A stretch of DNA of 64,000 bases from Lineus longissimus (taxonomy: Eukaryota). Below, in pieces: positions 1 to 13,222 of this stretch. A program made the translations under genes and the position numbers. The stretch spans positions 62,001 to 126,000 of the forward strand of contig NC_088308.1 in the NCBI RefSeq assembly GCF_910592395.1. The letters run 5' to 3'. The first letter of the stretch is position 1. Each line of letters opens with the position of its first letter. Under the pieces are notes generated by a model. That model had not been told where the DNA came from. It did no database searches and was given only the letters and a program-made list of their open reading frames with translations.

Positions 1-818
1 TGGACAAGATTGTGACAAGTTGAGACCAGCAGGGGCATTTTACCCATTATTTTTAAAGTCCGTGGGTACTCCCGGGGTTCATACTTGTATGTGGAGGGGG
101 TAATCGGGGGAAGGGGGGGGGGGGTAATGCCTGCGAGAGGACAGAGGGCCATTGCAGGCTGTTTCGCGTTTTAGAGGGCCTGAAACATGGCAGATGGGAT
201 TAACAGTCAAAAACACGGCCCCGTGACGGGCCGTGTCGCCTGTCGGCGAGTGTCAAATTCTGACATGTCTCATGAAAACGCTAATAAGATAATTTAGAAT
301 CATTGGAACTTTTTTAAATTCACTTATGACGTTGACAAGATATAGTACTACACTTCTGCAAAGTTTGATGAAACTCCCAGCATTGATTTTTTTTCAAATC
401 ACGAAAATGTATGTATACAGAATGTGCACGGACCCTATCGCAGATTTAATTGCGTCCGGAGCCCGCTCCTGGCTCCCCTGCCGTTGGCCAGCCAAACTAC
501 ATAGTACGCACATGAAACGTCCACACAGGAGCAATGCAGCGAGAATTTGTACTGCATATAAGGGTCCTACCCAGTAAGTAAGTTCGGAGCAAAGAGACGC
601 TGTGGCCGGCAACGGTCGGCAGTACCATGTTTGGGGTTCATGGAATAATTCGTCCCCCGTTCCCCCCTAACAAGGGGGATATTTCCACCTCACAATGAGG
701 CAATTTTTAATTTTAAGTAATCGCGTAGTTCCACTTTTTTAGCTCAGATGGCGCCAACTGAGGTCCTGTCAAAATCATTGGCCTACCTGAGGCTGATGAG
801 GAAACTCACGAAACTCTA

Positions 819-910
819 CAGGGTGGCCCAGAAAGGTTTTGATCCCTTGCACAATAGAATTCTATTGTGTGTGTCCATTGTGTGAGGGAAATTAATTCTG
901 GGCCACCCTG
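819..910. mobile_element. 92-bp Tc1/mariner-type MITE
   Basis: Perfect 15-bp TIR CAGGGTGGCCCAGAA / TTCTGGGCCACCCTG, TA on both flanks (817-818, 911-912), internal 20-bp palindrome cacaatagaattctattgtg (850-869). Confidence 0.8.
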
Positions 911-1026
911 TAGTACATGAACTTGTCACCCTGTTCAAAGATATCGGAGCGAAAGTGAAAAACGAGGACATTTCTGTTTTCCACCGCAACGGGCCTGTGT
1001 ATTTTACCGTCGCTCTATATTGTTAC

Positions 1027-1317
1027 CTGCAGAAATGACTCTCGGCCAATGAGACAGTAGTGCACAATAACTCTTCTGGATGTGCACTCCCCTTCATTGC
1101 TCGCCATGTTGCCAGGGAGTATACCAAGTCTTTGCTGGATGTGCCATGCTTCACTATGCGTACTCTGTCTGATCTAGATGTGTACTCTCCCAACGTAGTG
1201 CACCATGTTTCTACAGGGTGGACCTTGTCTCCACGCTTGAGAAAACTGTGTCTCATTTTCACATGGTGAATACTGATCATTTTCATCAAGGGATTGCATG
1301 AAATCAGAACACCAGAC
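1027..1317 (-). CDS. Candidate internal coding exon of an unidentified minus-strand gene
   Basis: On minus strand: acceptor gtctcttcag|, donor |gtaaca, 291 nt (multiple of 3), open in one frame (SGVLISCNPLMKMISIHHVKMRHSFLKRGDKV...SHFCR). No family recognised. Confidence 0.3.
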
Positions 1318-1512
1318 CTGAAGAGACAGCATATATACTGCAACAACCATACCATAATATGCTGCCACAACCAGACCTGATAATACAACATATGCTCTCA
1401 CAACCAGACCTGACAGACAGGAAATGCTGGCACAACCAGACCTGCATGAGATTGCAGATGCTGCCACAACCAGTCTGATGAGATTGCAGATACTGTCACA
1501 ACCAGACCTGGC
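1311..1512. repeat. Degenerate ~32-bp tandem repeat with core caaccagacctg
   Basis: About six imperfect copies of accagacctg between 1311 and ~1510. Confidence 0.65.
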
Positions 1513-1683
1513 GAGATAACAGATGCTGTTACACCCGGAGCCAAGGCCAGCACGAGCAGATCCACACCTGATAACCCGCCCCATCACAAAGTAGACCAAT
1601 GAACGAGCTCGATAGCAAAGATTACTTTGGAGCAATCCTCAACCGTTCATGTTTAATTGAAACATACTGAACCTATAATGTGA

Positions 1684-1944
1684 CCCGGTTTCTCAAAGAA
1701 TCTTAAGTGTTTGTCTTAAGTCATAATATTTTGACTAAGCCAAGTCAAAAACTTAAGTACGAATCTCAAAGCATCTTGTGTCCTTCATTCCGACTTAAGT
1801 ACGGTAGCTACCGTGCTTAAGTTTTTGGGGTACTTAAGTCGGCTAGGCGAGTTAAGATTCTTTGTGAATCAACTTAAGACAAAACTTAAGAAATTCTCAT
1901 ACTTAAGTCACCAAAACAGACTTAAGATTCTTTGTGAAACCGGG
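1684..1944. mobile_element. MITE with 25-bp TIRs and internal cttaag-rich repeats
   Basis: cccggtttctcaaagaatcttaagt (1684-1708) is the reverse complement of acttaagattctttgtgaaaccggg (1920-1944) with one mismatch. No coding capacity; TSD not clear. Confidence 0.75.
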
Positions 1945-1945
1945 C

Positions 1946-2194
1946 CCAGGAGGATAATGTGCCTATTCGCCTCTTTCCTGTCCTGTAGTAGAATGGCTGG
2001 GATAGTTTATCGTATTGATATAGCTCACTGTGATTTAGAGGGAGAACTTGGGTGGGGGATTTAGGTGACCAGGAGGATAATGTGCCTATTCGCCTCTTTC
2101 CTGTTCTATAGTAGAATGGCTGGGATAGTTTATCGTATTGATATAGCTCACTGTGATTTAGAGGGAGAACTTGGGTGGGGGATTTAGGTGACCA
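1946..2194. repeat. Tandem duplication, 123-bp unit x2
   Basis: ccaggaggataatgtgcc... starts at 1946 and 2069; copies nearly identical. Confidence 0.9.
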
Positions 2195-3210
2195 AGAGGA
2201 AAATGCAAGACTCTGGTCATACGGACGATTTAGCGTCCTTTGGACGGCCCTCATCTATGATATGAACAAGAAAAGCCAATGCTAGCAGCAGGTCATGCAG
2301 GACTCAATGGGGTCAAGATAATTACTCCAAGATGGACCAGAGCCGGGCGTTTAGTGGACGAGACCGTACGGCACAGAATTGGGGGATGGGACCTAGTATG
2401 ATCTGCCAACAAGTGTAATATATATATATATAACATGCAGGCTCGCCTCCGTACTAGGTCGGGTGCCTGAGTTAGCCTATATATGTCGGGCACACTAGTT
2501 ACTAAGTCGGGCGAACGAGTTACAAAAAATAATTTCATGACCTTTCCCAGCCACCGTAAACCCCCGAATATCAACAACAAATTACTTTTATACATTATAT
2601 ATAGAAATAAGACTTCTAGTTGATCGGATCAGTTGAATGATTCAATGTATCTTCCCGTTCTTTGTTGTATAACATCACAACTCAAAAATATTATATCTAT
2701 AATAGTTCCCCGGGCTTTCTCCATCAACCCACTTGCTTAGTAGCTTCAAAACCATCCCTGAGTCCCAAGGAGCGAAACGACTACTTAATTTGGAGCGAAA
2801 CTACTGGGGGCGAAAAGGTCATGGAGTGAAACGACCGGCTACCCCGGAAGCGGAAAAGAGAATGAGTCTTTGTTATTGCATGATTGAAAGGAATAAACAT
2901 GGACACATGTCACCGATTAAAGTCCTGTAACCTTCGTGATGCGGTCACTGGTGTCGCAATTCGTGAGGTAAGATGTGAATTCAGTATAAATGTTACTATG
3001 TGTCAAGTTATTCTCAATTGAGTCCGTCCCGTGTTGATGAAATATGCCACAAATCGAGAGGAACTTTTTTGTGGAAGTTGTCTTTGACTCCTCGAGGACC
3101 AGGCGTCATGCATGCATTGTGGTACATACCGCACAATGTATTGTACACAACACTGCTCAGCATGCAGATGTCTTTGACATGATTCCTCATTAGTAATGTC
3201 AATCATGCAC

Positions 3211-3663
3211 GGTCATCCTAAACAGCGTCAACCAGCCCACCTGCTGAGCGCCAACCAGGTTTAAAGTCATCAAATTAAGATTTACTAAATAAGTACACCA
3301 GCGTATAAAACACATTTCCTGAAACTTTCATGACATTTGGGTGTAATGGTAAAATAAGCATAAAGGAATCACTAAGTCTAAAGCTCCTGTTGTATAGCTT
3401 GGGAAGCCCAAGGAGCACTATCATTTCCGCAGTCAAATCCAACATGGCTAACAACGGGTGGTGGACGCTGGTAGTGGTACATTTTGGACAACAACTTGCT
3501 AATCAGATAATCTGGCTCGCAAATGTCATGAAACGTTCAGGAAACTTGGAAAATGTCCTGCTTATTTCGTTTGTGACCATGCATTAGATTTTAATTTTTT
3601 GACTTCAAACTTGCATTAAAAACCTGGTGGCCGCTGGTGGACGCTGTACTGTTTAGGATGACC
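3211..3663. mobile_element. Non-autonomous TIR element (~450 bp)
   Basis: 15-bp TIR ggtcatcctaaacag (3211-3225) / ctgtttaggatgacc (3649-3663); a partial diverged copy lies at 37525-37820. Confidence 0.75.
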
Positions 3664-4879
3664 CATCAAAGGAATCATGCTGTACGTGACAATGTACTGA
3701 CTTACTGCGTCCTTGGCTCTATGGTACAGAAGAGATTTTATAGAGCCAATTATGTGTTTTAAAACACTTTATATGTTTCTACTAATCAAAAAAAACATTT
3801 TTTTGAAAGGCAGAGCATTTTCATTTTGAAAAAGAATAGATTTGATAGGGTGAGTGACCCAATTTCTTTTCTTGTGGTCCATAATATAAACATCACACAA
3901 TATCTCAATTTTACTATGACATTTCAAAGTAAGTTCTACTTCTAACGTGAGTAGGCCTGTAGATGTATCAGTAGAATACACATCGAATGAACCACATGTA
4001 TCAGTTGAGTTTTTGAGGCCATTCATATAGTGGGTCAGGTGGAAAATCTGGCAAGGATGTTGGGCCTGTCTTCTATTCTAACAGGTCTAAAGATGTTGCT
4101 GAGTGTGTACTCTTGGATTGGAGGCAGGGTTGTGATTTTTGAATAGCTATTGAGTCTGTCCACAGGGGCACATCTTTGAAATTTGTTTTTTTTGCCATTT
4201 TGAAGATCATGGTTACAGGGTTAGACTAGGTAGAGTGATGAATTTTTCGGTGTATGTATCTAGCAAGGCTATCACCTAGATCTTTTGAGCTTCAGGCGCT
4301 TGACCCTCTTGTTATGTCAGTCATGTCAGAAGGGCTGGAGCCCATGCCACATGCATTTGCCTTCTAAATCTAAACCTTAGAAATGATGATGGTAAGGTAG
4401 TTTAGTTTGATTGGTTGTTTGATTGGTTTTACAGAGGGCTACTTGTTGACTGAGCTGATGTTGCCAGCACTAATGACAGCTGTTGCACAGACTTGAGAGA
4501 AAATCAGGGTATGGCCTGTGTGTAGGTGGCCAGTGTACAAGACTGACAAGCCTGATGCTGACTACACAGTTGCCACACTCAATGTTTGAGAATGTCTACA
4601 ATTGCCCCATGCTCATATTTTAGGCTTGATAGCTGTTGAAACAGGTTGTCAACTCCCTGGGGTGAATCGGCCTATTTTATGTTGTGATGGTGTGACATTC
4701 AGTTATCTAATCAGATCGTATAGTGAGTGATAAGTACATGGAAAAATGACAGAAAGCCAATGCTCAAAAACATAGTATTACTGGTCTAAAGGGTTATTAA
4801 TTTTGACACACGTCGTGTACATGTAAGTTATGACTAAACTGAACTCTACATTGTTACTGAAACTGAATGCAAGGTGAGA

Positions 4880-5470
4880 TTTTGAGCTCACCTATGTGAG
4901 CTTAAACCTCATCACATCTTGTCCATCATCAGTCGATCCCTCAGTCAATCTGTCGTCCATTAACAAGATGTGATGAGGTAAGCTCACCTATGTGAGCTTA
5001 CCTCATCACATCTTGTCCATCCTGTCGATCCCTCAGTCCATCTGTCGTCCATTAACAAGATGTGATGAGCTCACCTATGTGAGCTTACCTCATCACATCT
5101 TGTCCATTAACAAGATGTGATGAGCTCACCTATGTGAGCTTACCTCATCACATCTTGTCCATCATCAGTCGATCCCTCAGTCCATCTATCGTCCATTAAC
5201 AATGGTGGCACGATTTCCTCACTGTTGAGTCTAGAAAGTTGAAACTTGGTGTGTGGATATCTTATGACAACATGACTTGACACACAAAAAATCATCGCCA
5301 TTTGATGTAATCTCTGGGCTCCAGACAGCCATCTTTGAAATCCTTATTTTGTCAACATCTCATGAACGCAAGAACCATGAAATTTTTACTGCCAATACTG
5401 CTGATGAGACTACATGACATAATATACAGGTTTTTGATTTGACCTACTTTTGAAGGTCACAGATGGCCTG
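4880..5470 (+). mobile_element. Interspersed repeat with amplified 5' hairpins, possibly Helitron/Helentron-associated non-autonomous element
   Basis: Starts tttt+gagctcacctatgtgagc hairpin, reiterated four times with inverted catcacatcttgt arms (4880-5200), followed by motifs gaaacttggtgtg and ttgacctacttttgaaggtca that resemble common invertebrate repeats. Family assignment is inference; right end approximate. Confidence 0.45.
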
Positions 5471-7842
5471 AAGGAACTTGCCAACATTACTAGCTAATAG
5501 CAAGCCAGCTCCTGAAACAAATGGATTTATCATCAGATCAAGAGTGTCTGTCGTACAAACACTTGGAGAAACATATCCCAACCTTTTCAAAACCGTTTGG
5601 TCAGTAATCCCCCCCCCCTCCTGGAAAACTGCCTTTCAATTCAGAGAGTCCTATATTTCTTGTTCCATTTCTTGTTATCATTGATTATACTGAGAGCTTG
5701 TGGGTGTCAGGTCACAACTCGTGCGCTCAGGGTTAACTAAGTAGTTGTATCTGACATTTTGGTAGTTCTGAGAAAAACACCATTGAAGATTCAAAACCCA
5801 ATGGAAATGCAGTTGTTTTGAGGAGTGTTTTTGTGTATTACACATCAACTGGCATAGTTACTATAAGATGTAATCAAAGATCATTAATTGTGAATTAATT
5901 TAAGATAATAAAATCAATTTTGACAAAAATGCAGATACAACTAGTTAACCCTGAGCCCATGAAGTGTCTGTCTGTGTCACTGTTTCCTCATTGAAGTGAA
6001 AATCTCTATGTATATTGGTATACGTGAGTAAACCTTGAGTTATGGCAGATCAAGTCATGCCTTCATTTATGGTCGTCTGGGGTCTAGGCCTACATGTATT
6101 AATAAGCTAGTGGCATCAAAGCATCAACAGAAAGAATTTCGCAAGTATTGTTATTCTTGGCGCTAATATAGGCTAAACAGCTTGTACAACAGGGCCGTAA
6201 ATGCTTTCACAAAGACACCCTGAGACGATTATGATAAATATATATCTTAACGATATGAATTGCACAGTGAGACCCTGTGAGTTCACACTTGAAACCCTAA
6301 ATGGTCTGATATAAAATGAGCTTGAGTGACATGTTTAGTGATGATGTCATGAATGTGCACCCTGCATGCACCAGTCCTAGCATTCACAGAATAAAATTCA
6401 TGGAATTAAGTTTTTAACAACAATTGAATTGAGATTTAGATTTGATTATGAGTGAGTTTGGCATTATTGCCTGCAGAATGCAATATGCTTTTTACTTGGT
6501 TGACATATTTTTGGTTGATTGTCAGTCAGTGCATTGTCATGACTGTGGGCATTCTTTCAAATCAAGTTTACTGTCAGTGTGCGTGGATATAAAATCTTCC
6601 TCATTTCTGTGCACATCATAGACCTACCCCAGCTCTAAATATTTAGGTTCCCAGAGTTGAAATAGCATTTGAGCGATGAAGGTTTTATAACTATCAATTA
6701 GACGGACGTACATGTATGTTTTTAATGTGAAGGCTTAGATATTAAGTGTGGCAAGTCTACAGATATAAAGGAATTATTTGATGAAAAAATGAATTAGATT
6801 TTTCTACTTTGGTAATTGGGGGCATTTTTAAAGATTTTTCTGCCATTTGGCTGAAACGGGTCGAAATATTATCTGTGTACCAATTTGTCAGATTATCAAA
6901 AAAATTCTGTGGTCAACAACCAGTTTAAATTTCACCATTTACTCTCCCGACTGTCCGGATTATCATATCCAAATTTCAGATTCACAATGTCAAGCAGTAT
7001 TTGATGTGACGCGGTCGAACATTGACATTTTAACTGCTAAAAGTCTTAAAAAATCAATGGTGGTCTTGTCTCGTGCCCATATTTGATTTCATGCAGTGTG
7101 TGTCATGAGAGTTGTGTAAAACCTATTGATAATTATCTTAATTCTATTAAATGATTGAACCACTCATAATTGATGCTGGCAGACAACTACCATCAAATCA
7201 ATTATTATGTAATTTTGTGCTTACACATCATGAACCAAACAATAGCAGTTGACAGCTCAACAATGGCTATGGTCACTGATATAAATCTTATACACTGCAG
7301 CCTGTGTTACCAGATAAGCTATCTGTAAGTGAGCTCATTATAGTCCTCTTTTTCTGTGGACCCTGATTCCGATGATCGCATAATATGTATCTCCTCAAAA
7401 ATGGCTCAACAGCCAGCGGATGCTATGATTGGCTCATTGATTCATTGGATGAAACATGTTTTATAGAGCTGCTTGCCTCTGTTCATGATTTCATGATTGG
7501 CAGTGATCATGCCGATATATTAGTATGTCAGATTGTGCTGGCTAGTTCAGTGTGATGAATCCTTGTATGGATTAGACATGATAGAAACCATCTTTTGCAA
7601 CAATATTCGTTCCTGCAGCTCTTGTTCGAGTGCTTACGACCTGGGAATCTGATTTTAAAGCCAGTTAGAAACAAACTTTGGTACTTTCGTGGTTTCCGAT
7701 GCAGCTCTTGCATTGTAGACCTTCACTGTAGACCTACTTTCAATTGTGTATTTGATTGCTTGAATGATCTTCTCTTTCAGATGTGATGAGGGATTGTAAG
7801 AAGGGCTACACCAACATGGAAGCTTGAAAGAAGATAGCGACC

Positions 7843-10800
7843 ATGTCTTCAGATGGGAGCGGTCCACACTCGGACAGGGATCATCAGGAGTCTGGTTCGA
7901 GGCACAATCCATCAGAGTCGAGTCGCACCAGCCAGCCAAGCTCTGCCGGCATCATCAACCCTGGTTTCAGTGATCCTGACCGCCATGGCCCAGGTCCAAT
8001 CCAGACGCGCAATCTTCCAACTGGTGTGTCAGCTCCATTGTCTGATCTTCCAGACATCCTGAACTCGACACTCCCGCCATACACATCGCCTGAGCACACC
8101 CTGACACGAGGTGGCCAGGTCATAAACAGTCGAGGGAATGTGAGACGGAGCTTCGGCCGGCCTCCTCGGAGAAGCAGACAACACGACGTGCATCATCCGC
8201 GTGACCATTACGTCCTTGAGGACGACCTTGAGGAACTCTGTGATAAAAACTGCTGCACTGCTTGCCTGACGATAACGACTCAATTCAAATGGATCTTGGT
8301 GCTGTTGGCGATTGTTGGATTATGTTGTGTCGTTACGGGCATTATCCTTGGTGCTCTTCATATGACTGGCTCAAGCTTCCTGACCCTCTCTCTTATGTTC
8401 ATTGGTGAGTAGCAAGGCACACCCCCCCCCCCCCCCACCAAAACAGCTTGACTACATTGTACAGGCACCCCAGAGCCCCCTTAAAGTTAAACACAACAAC
8501 ACAGTAGATTCCCATTCGAATATATTCCATAAAAAGCGCTTGCAAAGTTATAAATAAGACTTGTTTGATATTGCAAAAAAAGCCTCTTTTGGATCCACCC
8601 TAATTATTAGTCACGTGCATACTCGGAGACTAAAATAGAAAGGGCATATTCTTACACACATTTCACGTCCAACAAGCAAATGTAGCTCATATGCGATTTG
8701 ATAGTATCTTCACTCAAATCAGACCTAAGTTCTGATTGGAGTGAAATCTTTACCTGGAGCCTGAATTGATTTTTTTGTAAAGTCATTTTTAATGTTTTCA
8801 TTGAAAAAATCAAGACATCTCCTTACATATACATGCTATGCATATTTTGTTGCATTCCAGCTATTTTTCTTCCCTGCAATACATGTTTTCAACTACTGGC
8901 ATGGGTTGTACCTGCTGGAAAATCAATGAGGTGACTGTTACAGTTGAACTGAAGTGTTTCGGATCAGCTGTACAGAGATAAATTGGCTTCAGCTTGTAAA
9001 ACAGCAGCAGTTGATTATGTTTTGATAAGCTGCATGAAAATATGAAGTGTTGAAAATATAGCTAATTTCATCAGTTTATGTGCATTCAATTACAAATGTA
9101 ATGCCAAAGACGCATCCTGAACCTCATAGTCTCCTTCCTCCGGGCCTAGCAGGGTTCTAAATCTTTGATGAGTTGCCAAAACTTTGGTGGTCAAGATGCC
9201 AAAGACCATGCCTCCCGGGCTATGCCTACGACATGTCTCGTGGTGCTAAACATTTAAATGCCACCATTTGCTCAGTCTTGCATGTCAGCCTACAGTCTTC
9301 TTAGTTTCAACCATGTGTTTTGGGAAATAGTGTTCTCAAGACCATCAATGAATGATACAATAAGAGAGTCATTGGGAACAATGGTATGGTTTCCCCCTCA
9401 TCATGATGTGAAGTGCTAGATGATCTAGATAACATCATTAGCAGCCATGAGTGAAAAACCTCCTTCATTATGTCATCTCGAGATTAATTCCCCACCTAAA
9501 CAATCATAGTTGCTGTAAAGATCAATATTGCTGGCATCTTGGTTTGAGTGCCACCCAACATTGTGTCTTCTCAACTTTGATTGGAAATCCACTCAACCAT
9601 TGACAGCTCCCCAGCTGCATGTAGTCGAATTCATTCAAAACCCTCAATAAATCTTTGGGACATGTAGGATGCAATATGGAAGACAGAAGCTTTATTTAAA
9701 TATAAAAATCATTTCCATGATACGCCATGATGCTTGCTGACTGACATCGAGCATTATGTTATGCCATGTATGTCTGCATGTGTACACAGTCTGCACATTA
9801 TTGATTATATTAAACATAATCACACTCCACAAGGCATAACACAAACTGGCCTTGTTGGCAAAATTGTCACAAATATTCGCCACTTCAACACCACAAAGAC
9901 CAAGTTGTCAGGTTGCATGGCCAATAGGTTCAGTGTGTATTGGTTCAGTAAACAAGCTTGTGCCTTGACAAAATATCTATTGTGTTGTGATCATGTGTGT
10001 ACTGGTAACCCAATAAGTAGTTGAGACGACAGTTTATATGTAAGCTGCCCTACATTGGATAACTAATTCTTGACAGACACATGCAGCACTTGGTGGCCAC
10101 TTAAAATGTATAAATCAAAAATGTCATGAGGGTGTTTTATATTTATTTAGCATCATGTCAGGGCTATAATTCAAGACCAACCTATTAGTCTGTGGCAGAT
10201 TTAGCTGCACAGATGTCTGGTGAAGGCATGCACTCTCTCAAAAACGGATAATGGCAGTAACCAAATAACCCTGTTTTGGCAAAAAAATGATAATTCCTTA
10301 TCGAGAAGTAACAACTGTGGTTCCTAATGATGTCCACTGGTTCATATTATTGGTCTGTTTTGTTGCTCCACTGAGGTGCGTGTCTTTGGTGGCTGCAGGG
10401 TTAGACATTTTTTAGAGGGGCAACCAGGATCATAATATCTTGCTTTATATCTCTGATTGAAAAGCTTACTCTGAAATTAGTTCTATTAAACAGCACTTAC
10501 TAAGCCGCTTTCTTCTATATTTGGGTTTCTGAAGATGTCATGTTGTTGATGAGGACTTACATCACGTACCAGTTACTAGGACTACTCTGAAATGACTTTC
10601 TCAGTCCAACATTATTGCCATAATTACAACTTATTTTCAAAATCCTAGCTGGTTCACTCTCACATAGTTTTTCTGCTTCCAGGTCTTGGTGTGATGTTAG
10701 TGATTGTTGTCATCATCGGCTGGAGATGCACACCGTCAGGTCATGAACCATGCCATCTCTTATTCAACTTGGGCGAGTACTCTCATGTCCATCAGCGGCG

Positions 10801-12645
10801 AGGGGGCCGCCATCGCCGGAGAAGTGGCAACAATACCAGGAATAGACTCACTAACTGGTCAGGAGGTATGTATGACTAACAGTTATCATAATTCGGAGAA
10901 AGATTTTGAAAAAGATATGAAAAGCAGTGATATTTCAGCCACCAAAACACCCCTTGGTACCAGTGCGCCCCGAAGAGTTACAATAACATTCATGTCAGGC
11001 CACTTTGACAAAGATTTAACCAGGTGCTCTCAATCACATGTCTTACCACAGTGATAGTATGAAATAGCAGGTGATTCCTGTGCCTTTGGACAGAGTGGTG
11101 GCTGCAAAAGGATAATCTCAGTCGGTCTCAGTGGTAATTTTGACATCTTTCTTATGTGTTTCAGGAGTTATCTATGGTGACCATCGTCGCCCACCACCTC
11201 CGAGCTATGCAGCCTCTATGCAGGACTATGAACGTCAGAATGCCGGACGCCAACTTCCAAATCCAGACAGTCTTCCAAACTCTCCACCACCAACATACAA
11301 ATCTCAGGCAAGCTTACAGCGTCCTGGCATCCATATCACATTCCCGCACATCATTGGAGGAGAGTACCCGACATCGCGGCCTCCGACGTATCGGTCACAT
11401 CATTCCAACGTCATATCACATTCCAGGCAGATATCATTTGAGTCAGAATTGCCAGTCTCGTCTTCAGAAAATCCATCAGCAACGACAGATAGTTTGTCGT
11501 CTGTGAATGGTGCTCCAACAGCAACAGGGACTTCAGGGAGTACAACATCATCCAGAAATGGTGCTAATACTTGCAATGGTAGCTCCTTGCCAAGTCGAAG
11601 TATCCTGAAACAAACAAACAATTCAACTCCTCCGCAAAATGAACCTGGGCCAATGTCGGATAGACATGGTCCCGATTCGGATCAAGCTGAGATTACTGTT
11701 ACTCAGACACAACCAGAGGGGTCATCTCCTGGTGGAACGTTGGACACTGGCTCTATGATGCAATATGCTGGACATTACGGGACAGCTGAGCGCAATGCTG
11801 TCGAGTGTCTTGAGGATATCCTCGATACAACTATGCGAGATATGAACGTTCAGTATCAAGCTGGGACGCTGCGTCCTGGATCTGTATCAAACAAATCAGA
11901 GGACGTACAGTCATCAAATGGTGCTAGAGACAATGGTTCCGCTGCCGAGCAAGATCGTCAACGTGCTGGACGGTCAGCTTCTGCTACTCTTTGTAGGTCA
12001 AATGTAGCAGTGCAGGGTTCATCAGGGCCATTAGAGGTCAGTGTGGATAATCATAGTAGACAGCATTCAGGACCAGCTCAAACAAATCATCACTCTGCCT
12101 ACTCGAGTGGTTCACATGTCACAAATGGCAGTCGGTCTTCTCAGACTTTACCTCGATTAAATCACCATGGTCACAGTAATTCGGCTTCGACAGATGTACA
12201 AAGAAGTGAGTCCAGTTTAAATCCTTTTGGAACATCATCGACTTTACCAGTTTGTGGTAAACCACCGGTGTATCCTGACTCGGAGACTTTACGCATGGGA
12301 AGAAGCCGCCATGGTACTTCCCTTGTAGCGAGTGTTCAAGCTGCAGCTGCTAATATGTCCCCTCGAGACGTGCACGTAACAGTTGAACCAGCAGGACAAT
12401 GTTCAGATCCATTTGAATCTGAACAGGAAGTGAGGACTACATCTGTAGTGCTCCAGTTGGCCGCTGAATCCCCGATGAGATTTGAAAAGGATCAGGAAGG
12501 TGTTCAAACTTGTTCAGCTGATCCAGCAGCGGCAGTGATTAGTGTTGTAGAGACTGATCGTGTGCAGGATTCAGGGAAACCAGAGTTGAGACGTGAGCGT
12601 GGTCATGTGCGAGTGAACTCCAACTCTGGGCAAAGTGCTTTATGA
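7843..12645 (+). CDS. Uncharacterised two-pass membrane protein with multiple PPxY motifs (~741 aa, 3 coding exons)
   Basis: Exons 7843-8404, 10683-10865, 11165-12645 join in frame via GT-AG (2226 nt). Two hydrophobic helices (WILVLLAIVGLCCVVTGIILGAL; FLTLSLMFIGLGVMLVIVVIIGW), PPSY/PPTY/PPTY/PPVY motifs, long S/T/G-rich tail. Confidence 0.8.
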
Positions 12646-13222
12646 TACATGAGAATTTAGGTTTTATTTGATCACTGCGTTGCCAAGCATTGGGAACCAT
12701 CTCAAAACACTCGAATGCATTAATCTAAATGAATTCACAAACAGTTTCTCCAAAACAACCCACAATGAAAAAAAAGAAATTCTTGTCTTCAGTTTTTATC
12801 TGTTGATCAGTTATTCCAAACCGAATGGAGTCTTTCTTAGACGGGCCCATTCCCCAAACAGAACTGATTTAGTTATTTATTGTCATCTGAGTATCGTGAG
12901 ATGGTCCTGTCTACTTGGTTATGGCAATGCATGTAGATCTGCTCCTGGAAATCATTCCTGATACGCAAGTCAGTGAATAGGCTTGTTTTACTTCATGGCT
13001 ATCCCTTATTGAATGATTGACCTTTCATTCTAAACTGAGATTCTCCCAATTGTGGCTTCTTTGATTACATATTGGCAGCTTATAGAAACCAAGGTTAGTT
13101 TTAGTTCTAATGTATTATGGATTTCAAACCAAAAACATACCTTGTATATAAATATGTATCTGATAGTGCCTTTATATTGTCATAATCTTAACTGATAAGA
13201 AAAAAGGGATAAAACATTTCTC

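Noticed and set aside
1270..1590. Resemblance of GVLISCNPLMK to the GTF2H5/TFB5 N-terminus, and an upstream in-frame TGA as selenocysteine
   Set aside because: Similarity ends after about 12 residues; no SECIS identified and the exon structure is unproven.
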